IMG/VR virus record: IMGVR_UViG_3300028186_000155
From: a virus
Taxonomy: Duplodnaviria; Caudoviricetes
Reading direction: 5' to 3' (one strand)
DNA length: 64,000 nt
Each line of letters begins with the position of its first letter. The first letter of the stretch is position 1. Both the position numbers and the translations under genes were made by a program. The notes under the pieces were generated by a model, which saw only the letters and a list, made by a program, of their open reading frames with translations, had not been told where the DNA came from and searched no databases. Positions 35,868 through 45,191 of this stretch are shown one piece after another.

Positions 35868-36902
35868 TTATTCCGCAGCGTCTTTTTCGATATCTTCCAT
35901 GTACACGGTTTGCGGCTCATTGGTATTGCAACCAGATACCTCGCCACGGCTTCCAGTCTGGAATTCTTCCGGGTACATCACGCATGTTTCAATCACGTTT
36001 TCGAACATTTTCCACGCGATGTAATCATCGAGGCAGACCATGCGCGCCTGCTTGTGCTTGTCGTCTTCTGCGCAGAGCAAACTAACGCCATAGGGCGACA
36101 GGTCATCGATAATTTCGCGCAGGTACGACAGGCGCACATGGCGGAAATCGCGACCGATACGCACCGGGTGCAGGTTGTTGGTATCGAAACATTTGGTACG
36201 GTCGAGGAAAGCCACATAGGTTTTCACCGGGTCCAATTCGTGCGGTCCCATGAATTCCAACGGGTCATGCTCGGAGGCATCATCGGGCAGTTTCTTCGGA
36301 GCTACGTCACGCGCCATAGTGCGCTGGCGGATCAGGAAATCGTCGGCCTTGGGCCAGTATTTGATGAAACGGTGCTCAGCATTTTCGATCAGGATATTGC
36401 GATGTGAACCGAACTGTTTGAATTTCCAGTTATCGAACATTGCCCACAGCAGATCGTTTTCGACACTGGTGTTTGGAATCAGGGTGTGGAAATCGCGGTT
36501 GTAGCGACCTTTGCGATAGTCCATATCATAGCCAACGATATTCAACATGCAGGCCAGATGGTAATACACATGGTCACGGGCGTGCTCGACTTCCGGGCAG
36601 ATAATCACGTGACCATTGAAACGGTTTTTGTCGAGGGCGGCGCGCAGGTCGTCCAGTTCGGTATCGGAACCAACGCAACGAATGTTCACGTAGTTGGTGC
36701 CCTTGAACGTGTCGCTGGCGCGGATCTTGGCGGATGCCTCGGTAACTCCGTACAAAATCACGTTGGTATCAAACTGCGAACCGTTTAATGCGTCTTCAGA
36801 CAGCCGGGTTACGTTCTTAGCATAACCGATCAGCATGGTGTGAATCACCGTGTCGTAGACGCGTGGATTGTTGAAAACAGAACGTTCGAATTTGTATTGC
36901 AT
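35868..36902 (-). CDS. hypothetical 344-aa protein
   Basis: GAGGA RBS; ACTGTAAAT motif upstream and terminator-like hairpin downstream. Confidence 0.85.
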   Translation of the reverse strand: MQYKFERSVFNNPRVYDTVIHTMLIGYAKNVTRLSEDALNGSQFDTNVILYGVTEASAKIRASDTFKGTNYVNIRCVGSDTELDDLRAALDKNRFNGHVIICPEVEHARDHVYYHLACMLNIVGYDMDYRKGRYNRDFHTLIPNTSVENDLLWAMFDNWKFKQFGSHRNILIENAEHRFIKYWPKADDFLIRQRTMARDVAPKKLPDDASEHDPLEFMGPHELDPVKTYVAFLDRTKCFDTNNLHPVRIGRDFRHVRLSYLREIIDDLSPYGVSLLCAEDDKHKQARMVCLDDYIAWKMFENVIETCVMYPEEFQTGSRGEVSGCNTNEPQTVYMEDIEKDAAE

Positions 36903-37008
36903 AAAGTCCTCTGCGCTTACCGCGCAACAGTCTCAGTTTAGTGGGTTGGCGATGCTTACCACACCGCCGGTATTTCGGTGAATCTACAGCGGTCCTACAA
37001 TGAGATAT

Positions 37009-37347
37009 TTACAGTTTCTCTTCTGTTGCTTCATCGACCAGCTGATCCACAATCGAGTTGGGAATTCCGATGGTCGCGTGAATGATTACCTTGCGAATTT
37101 CTGCAATGCGCGCCAGCAGGAAACGTTCGAAAGCTTCCTCGGTCAAATACTGGCTATCGCCCGCAGTGTTCCAGATGCCGAAGCCGCAATACTCTACGCC
37201 GTATTCGTCGGCGCAGTAGTGGAACTGCACAAGGGGCACGAAATGTTCCAGTCGGGCGGGCAAGCCTTCGTAGACAAAGTGGCTATTGATACGATCAACA
37301 ATTTTGATCGCAATGTCGGGAGTAATCGGGTCCGGGTCCATTTCCAT
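37009..37347 (-). CDS. hypothetical protein
   Basis: GAGG RBS. Confidence 0.75.
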   Translation of the reverse strand: MEMDPDPITPDIAIKIVDRINSHFVYEGLPARLEHFVPLVQFHYCADEYGVEYCGFGIWNTAGDSQYLTEEAFERFLLARIAEIRKVIIHATIGIPNSIVDQLVDEATEEKL

Positions 37348-37356
37348 GATATTACC

Positions 37357-37785
37357 TCAAAGGTTTTTTGTTTGCCGCTCAAGACGTTTGATCGCCAAGA
37401 GCAATTTTCCCATAGGTAGCCGGGAAAAATCTGTAATGTCCGGTGGCCGATTTGGCTTGGCACTGGCGGCCAATGCGAGATTGTAGCGGGCCTGTGCATC
37501 TTCTGCCCGCTGCCGCACGTCGGTGTAAATACCGGAAATGTATGGCTGCACAATCCGCAGGAAAACCCAGCTGATACCATCAGGCTTTTGCAGGTATTCC
37601 GAAATGCCGCTGCAACGACCACAGCGGAAAATGTGCGTGCCTTTTGCGAAGCTTGGGATCAGCTGGCAACGGCGCTGTTGTTTGCGGCTAAAGTCTTCGC
37701 GGATCGCGCGATTGCAGCGCGGGCACACTTGGATATTGTGCTTGAGAATTTCCGGGTACAACCACGACCGTATCCACTTGATCAT
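37357..37785 (-). CDS. Zn-ribbon hypothetical protein
   Basis: CPRC..CGRC; start refined to MIKWIR. Confidence 0.7.
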   Translation of the reverse strand: MIKWIRSWLYPEILKHNIQVCPRCNRAIREDFSRKQQRRCQLIPSFAKGTHIFRCGRCSGISEYLQKPDGISWVFLRIVQPYISGIYTDVRQRAEDAQARYNLALAASAKPNRPPDITDFSRLPMGKLLLAIKRLERQTKNL

Positions 37786-37795
37786 GTTGGAATTC

Positions 37796-38353
37796 TCACA
37801 AGGGCAGGTATTCGTCGGTTTCCAGACTGAAGTTGCCGCGCTGTTCATGCAGGTGCATCTTGCGCTCTTTTTGCTGCATGTAGTCTTCGAAGTTTTTGGA
37901 GACGTTTTCGCCTTCACCCTCGGTGCGCATCATGCGCCACGCAATGACTGTCAGGGCCTCGATAACCTTGCTCACTTCCACGCGGAAATTCATTGGTTCC
38001 ATGTGGTCGGTGGCTTCCGCGATTTTGCAGAATTGCCCGGCCTGAATGATCAGGTCAACACTGGTCAGCATATGGTCGATGCCGTCCGGGTATGCCAGCA
38101 CGTTTTCTTCCATGGTTGCGAAGCCGTCAATTTCCTTATTCATGAAATTGGCGAACATGGTGTTGTAGTAGAACAGATCGAAGCCGTGGTTGGCGAACAT
38201 GCCCGGCCCTTCGATGCGATAGTCGGTGCTAATGCGCGACGTAACCAGCGCGAAATGCTTGATCTTTTCCGCCTGCGTCAGCACGCCGATATCGTTGAAG
38301 TAGCGGGCGGCATGCTGCGAGAGTTTCCACTGAATGTCGTTGACGTAAATCAT
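37796..38353 (-). CDS. hypothetical protein
   Basis: coupled ORF. Confidence 0.75.
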   Translation of the reverse strand: MIYVNDIQWKLSQHAARYFNDIGVLTQAEKIKHFALVTSRISTDYRIEGPGMFANHGFDLFYYNTMFANFMNKEIDGFATMEENVLAYPDGIDHMLTSVDLIIQAGQFCKIAEATDHMEPMNFRVEVSKVIEALTVIAWRMMRTEGEGENVSKNFEDYMQQKERKMHLHEQRGNFSLETDEYLPL

Positions 38354-38937
38354 CCGTATAATCCTTCGGCCATCAGGCGCTGTTTGTAGGGAACAATATC
38401 GTGTCCGAAATCTTCGAGTCTTTGCAGCAGCTTTTTCATGTGCGGCTTCAGACGAAGGTTCCAGATTTCAACGTCGAATTCCCATGCAATCATGATCGCA
38501 ATTCCGGTGCCCCCGGTGCGACCACGCATGTACTCTGATGGCTTGGTGCAGCCGTCAGGCGTCCAGCACATCAGGAATTCTGAAGGGTCGGAATCTTCCA
38601 CGCAGGTTGATAGGCCGACTACCTGAAAAGCATTGCGGCGAAACATTTTCATGTGCTGGCGGTTTTGAATCACAATCGGATAAACTTTCTGCGCCAGATA
38701 TTCGCCCCACGCTGTTTGTTCGGGGGTGTACTGCCAGATGCCAGTTTGGTGCCCACGGAACCCACGATCAGGCAGGTAAATCTCCGCGTGTTTAGCACCT
38801 AACTCAAATGCTTCATCGGAACCTTTTGCGGCCCCTGATCGCAGGATGGAATTGGGCTTTGTCTTGGCGAACAAAGTTTGCAATTCGCAAACCACTTTCG
38901 GGGTCTTCTGCGAGCCGACGCCAGTCCACTTTTTCAG
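38350..38937 (-). CDS. SLOG/DprA-like nucleotide-binding protein
   Basis: WTGVGSQKTP, LRSGAAKGSDEAFE, RNAFQVVG, CWTPDG, GGTGIAI; N-terminus extends upstream of GTG 38895 (see findings). Confidence 0.75.
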   Translation of the reverse strand: MKKWTGVGSQKTPKVVCELQTLFAKTKPNSILRSGAAKGSDEAFELGAKHAEIYLPDRGFRGHQTGIWQYTPEQTAWGEYLAQKVYPIVIQNRQHMKMFRRNAFQVVGLSTCVEDSDPSEFLMCWTPDGCTKPSEYMRGRTGGTGIAIMIAWEFDVEIWNLRLKPHMKKLLQRLEDFGHDIVPYKQRLMAEGLYG

Positions 38938-39287
38938 CGATATTCGCCGTTAGCTTGGGCTTCGACGGTCAGCTTAATAAGCAGGTCTTCCCGCTGAAAA
39001 AAGTCGCGCAATTCTGCATGGCGCTCTTTGTCCATGTATGCCAGAATTTTGCGGTTGAGTTCTGCGCGAATATCGCGTTCTTGTAAGATCAGATCGAACC
39101 ATTTGGCCTCGCTGTAATAGCGAGTAATGCCACTCCCCGGTACACCTTTCAAACCATCACGACCGAGAAGTCGATCCAGCGACATGCCTTCAGGCACATC
39201 GTATTCAAGGGTTTCCAATTGACGGCGCAGGCGCGTGTTCTGGTCTTTGAGAGTATTGTAAATTTCTTCAAGCTTTGCCTTGTCCAT
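38934..39287 (-). CDS. hypothetical protein
   Basis: GGAGGA RBS before MDKAKL. Confidence 0.75.
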   Translation of the reverse strand: MDKAKLEEIYNTLKDQNTRLRRQLETLEYDVPEGMSLDRLLGRDGLKGVPGSGITRYYSEAKWFDLILQERDIRAELNRKILAYMDKERHAELRDFFQREDLLIKLTVEAQANGEYR

Positions 39288-39613
39288 CAGTCCTCCAAAT
39301 CGTTTGGTGGAATTGCGTGTGCCTCGAAATCGGTCGAACCTGTATCGACGTGCTCCAGATTGCCCCGGTCGTTGGTCTTCCACTTCCCTTTCTCAAGGAA
39401 AATTCGTGGGAATTCACCGTGCCACTTGCCGTACTCGGTTGGCTTGCCACTACGGTAGTTGGTAGGGCCGCAGGCGCTGCACAGTTCAAGGCCTTCACGC
39501 TCAGGCGCATAAGCCCAGCTGAAAATGTTCATGAACAGCATTTTCTTGAAACCTTGCGCGGCCAGCGCAGTATTCTCACAGCAGCCGCAAACTTCACACT
39601 GAAACAAACTCAT
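39287..39613 (-). CDS. Cys-rich hypothetical phage protein
   Basis: FQCEVCGCCENTAL..LCSAC..GKWHG. Confidence 0.8.
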   Translation of the reverse strand: MSLFQCEVCGCCENTALAAQGFKKMLFMNIFSWAYAPEREGLELCSACGPTNYRSGKPTEYGKWHGEFPRIFLEKGKWKTNDRGNLEHVDTGSTDFEAHAIPPNDLED

Positions 39614-39654
39614 GAAATTTCCTCAATGGTTGGGCCGTCCTTGGCCCGCAGGAA

Positions 39655-39960
39655 TTAGGCAGCTGGGTCCATGTCTGGTTCCAGTTCCTCTTCTTCCTCT
39701 TCTTCCTCTTCCAAGTCGTCGTCAATGCGATTGTTGAAGGCTTCGTGGAAGGCGCCGCCCTCGAAAATCAGGCTGTCACCGAAACCGATAAACGCGTCCA
39801 GATTTCCGTAGGCGTGTTGCAGCAGGGAACCAACGAAGTATTGGCAGGCAACACTGACAATTTCGCCGGTTTCTTCGCTACGGATAACGTCGCTCACAGT
39901 CATGGCCACTGGGCTGTTGTTGTAGGCAGTCAGGGCACCAACGTATGGGGTAGAGGACAT
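39655..39960 (-). CDS. small protein, possibly YodC/DUF2158-like, with poly-Glu tail
   Basis: SPVAMTV..VACQYF; AGGAG RBS. Confidence 0.6.
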   Translation of the reverse strand: MSSTPYVGALTAYNNSPVAMTVSDVIRSEETGEIVSVACQYFVGSLLQHAYGNLDAFIGFGDSLIFEGGAFHEAFNNRIDDDLEEEEEEEEELEPDMDPAA

Positions 39961-39973
39961 GCAAAAACTCCTG

Positions 39974-40603
39974 TTAACGTTTCGATTTTTTCTTGCGGTT
40001 TTGCTTCTGCTTCTTACGCCGTTCGGCAGCGTCGAGGGCAGACAGCATGGCGGCGCTGTAGACCGGTGCACGGCCCGCAGCTACCAGTTGCTCATTGAGG
40101 TATTGGGCTTCGGATTCTTTGTCGAACAAATCCAGTGCACCAGATTCCTCAAGTTCATCCAACGCCTTGTCTGCGTCGAATTCGGTTTCGCCACTTTCCA
40201 CATATTCCACACGCTTTTCTGCTTCGCGCATGGCGCCAGCCAGTTCCTGCAAACCGGCGATTTTCTCGGCGGGGAAAGTTGCGTAATACGCCTTGGTTTT
40301 TTCGTCCAGTGGTTCGCCACCCCACTTGGAATCAGCCATGTAGCCAATATCTTCTAAGGTTGCGAAATGTTGGGTGCGACCGCGCATGACACGCGATTTG
40401 ATTTGGTCGGGATGCGCACTGAAAAACTTTGCGGCGTTTTCTTCGTGATTGGAAGTAACGACGTGACCATCAGGCACCACAGGATCGGTCGAATAGTGCG
40501 CTTTGATTTCTGCGATTTGTTCGCCGTAACCTTTGACGGCCTTCGGGTCTTCATCGCTCCAGTTGATGATACCCGGTGTTTGTACTTCGCCGTGTTCGTT
40601 CAT
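39974..40603 (-). CDS. hypothetical protein
   Basis: start refined to MNEHG. Confidence 0.75.
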   Translation of the reverse strand: MNEHGEVQTPGIINWSDEDPKAVKGYGEQIAEIKAHYSTDPVVPDGHVVTSNHEENAAKFFSAHPDQIKSRVMRGRTQHFATLEDIGYMADSKWGGEPLDEKTKAYYATFPAEKIAGLQELAGAMREAEKRVEYVESGETEFDADKALDELEESGALDLFDKESEAQYLNEQLVAAGRAPVYSAAMLSALDAAERRKKQKQNRKKKSKR

Positions 40604-40953
40604 TTGAATTCCTTGGCGGCCTGTGTGGAAAGGCCCTGTAATTTTGCGATGTACCAATACCCGTGCTCAGTGTCGCGCAGCTTTTCGTAGCGAATAACGT
40701 CCATCAGCAGGAAAACGTCTTCGTCGTATTGCGGCACAACTTGCAGCACGGTCGGCAGTTCAAGGTTTCGGGCCGTAGAAAAAATTTCCACAACCAACAT
40801 CAAATCCGCGTCACCGTCTTGCGATTTGCGATCACGGTGCGTCACGTATTCCGCCTGCATAAATCCACGCTTGTGACTCAGGCGGAACAGGCCGTGTTCG
40901 TTCTGGCGGTAATGTTCCAGTGCGGACCACAGGCGGGTTTGAGAATTAGCCAT
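40600..40953 (-). CDS. hypothetical protein
   Basis: coupled ORF. Confidence 0.75.
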   Translation of the reverse strand: MANSQTRLWSALEHYRQNEHGLFRLSHKRGFMQAEYVTHRDRKSQDGDADLMLVVEIFSTARNLELPTVLQVVPQYDEDVFLLMDVIRYEKLRDTEHGYWYIAKLQGLSTQAAKEFK

Positions 40954-41548
40954 TGCACAGGCCTTGCAGCGCAGCGCGCCAGCCCAGCTTCTGCCGAACG
41001 TAATTGAACGAACGTCGGCGGTCGAATTCCTCGAAAATTTCTTCCAAGGGAATCGGGCGCATGTTGGTATGCTCCAATCCGCAATTGAAATAACGTGGAT
41101 CTTTCACCAAATCGCCGTGCAGGTGGCCATGCAGGTTGCGTTTGCCGCGCAGGTGCGCCGGGTGCATTGGCGCATGGGTCAACCACATGCCTTTGTAACT
41201 CAGCATGCTATGCACATTGTTTACAGTTTTTAACGACGCAATTTTCTCGATATGCGTGCGTTCGGTGCAGTGGTTGCCGAGGATCACGACCTTGCGACCG
41301 GGTAGCGAATCCAGCAGATCCCACGCTTCCGGGGTGAATGCCAAATCGCCCATCAAATAGATGGTATCGCGCTTGGTTTTAAAACCCATTTCCAACCAAC
41401 GATCAACCACGCACTGATCGTGCTCGGCGCTGTCCGCGAAGTTGGTGAACATTGCGGTTTGATCCAGCGCCCAGCCATCGGGTTTGTTGCGGTATTTGTG
41501 GATGTTGCGATGGCCCAAATGCAGATCAGCGCAAGCGTATGCTGCCAT
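40946..41548 (-). CDS. calcineurin-like metallophosphoesterase
   Basis: ADLHLGH, GDL, GNH, THAP, HGHLH motifs. Confidence 0.9.
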   Translation of the reverse strand: MAAYACADLHLGHRNIHKYRNKPDGWALDQTAMFTNFADSAEHDQCVVDRWLEMGFKTKRDTIYLMGDLAFTPEAWDLLDSLPGRKVVILGNHCTERTHIEKIASLKTVNNVHSMLSYKGMWLTHAPMHPAHLRGKRNLHGHLHGDLVKDPRYFNCGLEHTNMRPIPLEEIFEEFDRRRSFNYVRQKLGWRAALQGLCNG

Positions 41549-41892
41549 TATGCGATCCCTACCCAAAACGTGAGATACGAGTCGTATTTTTCGACTTCCC
41601 AATGCTCCAGCCCGGATTCGTTATCGTCCGGGTAAAACTCTGCACCCTGCTGCATTTCGATGCCTTGCCAGATGCAGGTCAGCACACCCTGATCCGCTTG
41701 GTGGCGGATGTGTGCCGAAGGTTCCGGGTTATTCAATCCCAGCACGATTTCGAAACGCTTGTTTTTGAAATCTTCGGTGGCACAAACCATGTGGCAGATT
41801 ACACCGTCCATCCCGATTTGAATTTGTGCGGGCAGCGCCATCATGCGGCCTGCTTCGTTGGCCAGCTGTGCGGATTGTTGACGGGTGATCAT
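41548..41892 (-). CDS. hypothetical protein
   Basis: AGGA RBS. Confidence 0.7.
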   Translation of the reverse strand: MITRQQSAQLANEAGRMMALPAQIQIGMDGVICHMVCATEDFKNKRFEIVLGLNNPEPSAHIRHQADQGVLTCIWQGIEMQQGAEFYPDDNESGLEHWEVEKYDSYLTFWVGIA

Positions 41893-41901
41893 AAAAGTCC
41901 T

Positions 41902-42354
41902 TTACGCGACAAGCACGTCGGTGAAATAAGTTGGATCGTTCGCAGCTTTCTTCTGATCAGCACGGTCGATACCGGTGGTGATTGCATAGGCGCGAACGGC
42001 GCAGAACATTGACCATTTCTGCCAAGCTGGAACGTTGAGCACGCCCATAGCTTCGAGGAAAATCAGGTCGCCTTGCTTACGGGTGACATACACGTTTGTT
42101 CCATTCATGTTTACAGTTCTGTATGAACAGATGTAATCGTGAATGACGGCGGCTTTGCCGTACTTGCCGTTAGGTGGCAGCAGCCAACGAATCCACCACG
42201 GAACCGAGGCCAGATCGGTTCTGTAGCCAACCGGCACATTGACCATCACACCGGAACCCAGCGCACCGATCATGTAGGTAAACATTTGCCAAATGACGTA
42301 ATGAATCCCGTCATCTTCAAACTCGGCAACCAGTTTGGTGGTAAAGCTACTCAC
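41902..42354 (-). CDS. DUF1353 domain protein
   Basis: VPVGYRTDLASVP..AAVIHDY..DLIFLEAM..AVR. Confidence 0.88.
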   Translation of the reverse strand: MSSFTTKLVAEFEDDGIHYVIWQMFTYMIGALGSGVMVNVPVGYRTDLASVPWWIRWLLPPNGKYGKAAVIHDYICSYRTVNMNGTNVYVTRKQGDLIFLEAMGVLNVPAWQKWSMFCAVRAYAITTGIDRADQKKAANDPTYFTDVLVA

Positions 42355-42759
42355 TTAGAAAAACTCCAGTTCAAATACCCATTCCACCCGGTCATCCGAG
42401 GAATAGGCAGTGCTAATCGACCGCCCAAAATTGAATTGGTCAAATCCTAATTTTGGTTCGCTAAAAGTTCGGTGGTGTGCAATGTCGTCGTACATGCCTT
42501 GCATCGCGTAATGCATCACGTGCACTGTCTTAACCCAAGGCAACGTCGCTTGCATGCGCAGGCGTACATGGTCACGACCTGTTGAGGTCAGGTCTTCCAC
42601 GTGCGTTACACGCAGGGTTTTTGCATCAAACGTAGTGCCACCAAACGACAGTTTGATCGTTTTACTTTTGAGTTTTTCAAACTCTTCGCGCAGATCAGAC
42701 AGGCTCATACGCTGCGTGCGGTCGAAGGCTTCCAGCTGCTGCTCGGTCGGTGCATTCAC
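42355..42759 (-). CDS. hypothetical protein
   Basis: coupled ORF. Confidence 0.7.
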   Translation of the reverse strand: MNAPTEQQLEAFDRTQRMSLSDLREEFEKLKSKTIKLSFGGTTFDAKTLRVTHVEDLTSTGRDHVRLRMQATLPWVKTVHVMHYAMQGMYDDIAHHRTFSEPKLGFDQFNFGRSISTAYSSDDRVEWVFELEFF

Positions 42760-43115
42760 AAGAAAATCCTCGCGTTAATCTGCCACGTGAAATCGCCCTG
42801 CTCGGTTTGTAGCAATTCGATTGTGTCTTGCAGATACCAGCTGCTTTTGGTTTGCGCCAGAACCACGACGCAGCAATACTTTTCGATCAGCAGGCTATCG
42901 ATTGCCTCTTCCTGCATGCGGATCAATTCGTCTTGCGTGCTACGCAGGCGCAAACCTGCTTGGAGAATGCCGGGGTTTGGGTTCTTACCGTCGTTAAACG
43001 GTTCACGGATCATTGTCGTTTCGAGAACGTCGGCGTTTACCGTGTAGTTGCCGATGGTGACGCGCACAGTGCCTTTGTGGTTGCGCACTGTTTCCAGTTG
43101 GGTTTGTAGTTCCAT
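42756..43115 (-). CDS. hypothetical protein
   Basis: start refined to MELQTQ. Confidence 0.7.
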   Translation of the reverse strand: MELQTQLETVRNHKGTVRVTIGNYTVNADVLETTMIREPFNDGKNPNPGILQAGLRLRSTQDELIRMQEEAIDSLLIEKYCCVVVLAQTKSSWYLQDTIELLQTEQGDFTWQINARIFL

Positions 43116-43117
43116 GT

Positions 43118-43825
43118 TTATTCTCTTTCGGACAATGCGAGCCAAATATTCATTTCGTTGGCCCAGTGCTCTTGGAAGACTTTGCGGATTTTACGTTGCT
43201 GCTGGCGCTGGTCTTGGTGCACACCTTCGAGGTGGCTAGGCATCATTTCGAAAACCACCTGTGATTCCATGCCGTGGAAATCGGGTTGGTTGCCTGTGTA
43301 TGTCAGACTGCTGATCACGAAAGGCATGCCGCAAATGTTGACGTAAACGACAGGCGTCTCATAATATTTCTTCATCAGATTTTGGAATTTATCGTGGACG
43401 TGACCCGGCGACAAATCGTAGAGGCCGCACGTTATCTTGAACGTCGAGGGGCCAGAACTGATCTTAACTTGCTGCCCGTACATTTCCATCATTTGCGGGG
43501 GCGACATTTCATATCCGGCTTGGGTTGGCAGGAACCGGAAGAATTCGCCGCCAACGTACACGCACAAAAGCTTGCGCTTGTGCGCCTTCGGATCACCAAA
43601 GGGACGTAGCAGCATGCGGCTGAAATCGGCTGTAAACTTTTGCAGTTTCTTGTGGTACTTGTAGGCCTTCAATCGATCCGCCAGCACCATAGGCTGCTCG
43701 GCCTTCAGGTAACGAGGCTTTCGCTTAGGCGGCATAAAGTCGGAAAAGTCCAGACTGTACGTGCAGTAATCGCCGTCGTCATCTTCGTATTCTAGGTCGT
43801 CTTCTGCGAAAAATTCTTCACACAT
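43118..43825 (-). CDS. hypothetical protein
   Basis: start refined to MCEEFF. Confidence 0.75.
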   Translation of the reverse strand: MCEEFFAEDDLEYEDDDGDYCTYSLDFSDFMPPKRKPRYLKAEQPMVLADRLKAYKYHKKLQKFTADFSRMLLRPFGDPKAHKRKLLCVYVGGEFFRFLPTQAGYEMSPPQMMEMYGQQVKISSGPSTFKITCGLYDLSPGHVHDKFQNLMKKYYETPVVYVNICGMPFVISSLTYTGNQPDFHGMESQVVFEMMPSHLEGVHQDQRQQQRKIRKVFQEHWANEMNIWLALSERE

Positions 43826-44285
43826 TTTCCGGTTCCTTGATAAAGGTAGGCGCAATCCAAAAATCGATATGCAGGCCGGGATCGAAAGGCACGTCCTGAT
43901 AGCCAGTCATCACGAACTTTTGACCCAACAAACTCAGGTGCAAATGCTTTTCGACTTCGTAGCTGTTATGCATGTGGCCACGTGTGATTTCCAGAGCGAA
44001 TTTCGCCAGTCTTTTCTGCATTTCAGCCGCCAGTGGGTAGGCCAAAACAGCGTGCGGGGTTTCGTGATCTTTGACGGTCAGCAGGCGCAGGTGAATTGGA
44101 TGGAACGAAACGCGATTTGCATAACTCGCACCATTACGCACCAATGGCGGTGGATTGAGTCCTGCTCGCAGTTCGTCGCGGTTCTGCACCACGGCCAGCA
44201 CCGGATGGCCATAGACGATCCAATGGAACTGGAAATATTCTTTTTGTGTGAGGTGACGATACACATTGGCAAACAGGTCAGCCAT
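43818..44285 (-). CDS. hypothetical protein
   Basis: GGAG RBS before MADLF. Confidence 0.7.
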   Translation of the reverse strand: MADLFANVYRHLTQKEYFQFHWIVYGHPVLAVVQNRDELRAGLNPPPLVRNGASYANRVSFHPIHLRLLTVKDHETPHAVLAYPLAAEMQKRLAKFALEITRGHMHNSYEVEKHLHLSLLGQKFVMTGYQDVPFDPGLHIDFWIAPTFIKEPENV

Positions 44286-44375
44286 GGGGCAGGCTCCGTG
44301 ATGGTCTACCCTGTATTTACAGTATTGACCAAAATGAAAAAGCCCCCGATCCGCCATGGAACCGAGGGCCTTTGG

Positions 44376-45191
44376 TCAAGCGTAGAGCAAGGTCTTTGCC
44401 ACAAAGTTTTCGAATTGATGCAGCAGCACAAACTGGCTCCAATTCGTTGTGGTGTATACCGCGTTATGGGTCAGTACCGTGCCGTCATACAAAGCCACGG
44501 CAGGCGCATCGAGGTCAACAATGTTGAATGTCCAGCCGTTTTTGTACACACCAAAAATCGGTTGATCATCAAACACCGCGCTAACCACAGCGTACCCATT
44601 TCGAGCATCGTACCAGCAGCCCGTAACCACCAAACCGTCAAGGTCGGTCACGCCTTCAGAGGTCAATGCTGTGATTGGTCCCCGGAAAGTTTCCATGGTT
44701 TGTCCGCTGTGCAGAACTACCCGGAAATTGGTTGCTTGATCCGTGAGCCACACCCGGCCCGCACCTACCTCAATTTCTTGCCAATTAGGGCCAACCAAAA
44801 TTGATCCCTGATCGGTGCCGAATGCAGGTCCGTTCACATTGCGAGCGCAGACAAAATTGCCATCAAACTCATGAACCAGCGTCCAGTCTGAATCCAGTGC
44901 ATAGATCCCCACACCATCCACCGACGCGTAGAACGCACCGGCAGCAAAAACAATGTGAGAAAATACGAGATTTACATCGGTTGCGGTCCACTCGACTTTA
45001 TCGGTCGAGGTGTGAACCTGCTGCCCTATCGCGATGTACTGGCCTGCACCGAATGCAATGCCGTTGATAGAATCAGCAACCGACGCAGGTACGAAACCAT
45101 TAGACTGAACGAATAGACCGTTTCCATCTTGGGTCGTACCTGAACCACCGACAACAAGCGAACGTCGCGGAACAGGTTTTACGACTTTTTT
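44376..45191 (-). CDS. -1 frameshift extension of 45179..46111 (beta-propeller-like, ~271 codons)
   Basis: frame open from 45224 with no ATG/GTG/TTG until 44921; begins at an in-phase A_AAA_AAG. Confidence 0.8.
   Translation of the reverse strand, partial: KKVVKPVPRRSLVVGGSGTTQDGNGLFVQSNGFVPASVADSINGIAFGAGQYIAIGQQVHTSTDKVEWTATDVNLVFSHIVFAAGAFYASVDGVGIYALDSDWTLVHEFDGNFVCARNVNGPAFGTDQGSILVGPNWQEIEVGAGRVWLTDQATNFRVVLHSGQTMETFRGPITALTSEGVTDLDGLVVTGCWYDARNGYAVVSAVFDDQPIFGVYKNGWTFNIVDLDAPAVALYDGTVLTHNAVYTTTNWSQFVLLHQFENFVAKTLLYA

Noticed and set aside
36903-37008. Intergenic gap as a tRNA/ncRNA
   Set aside because: No cloverleaf, T-loop or CCA; consistent with a promoter/leader region
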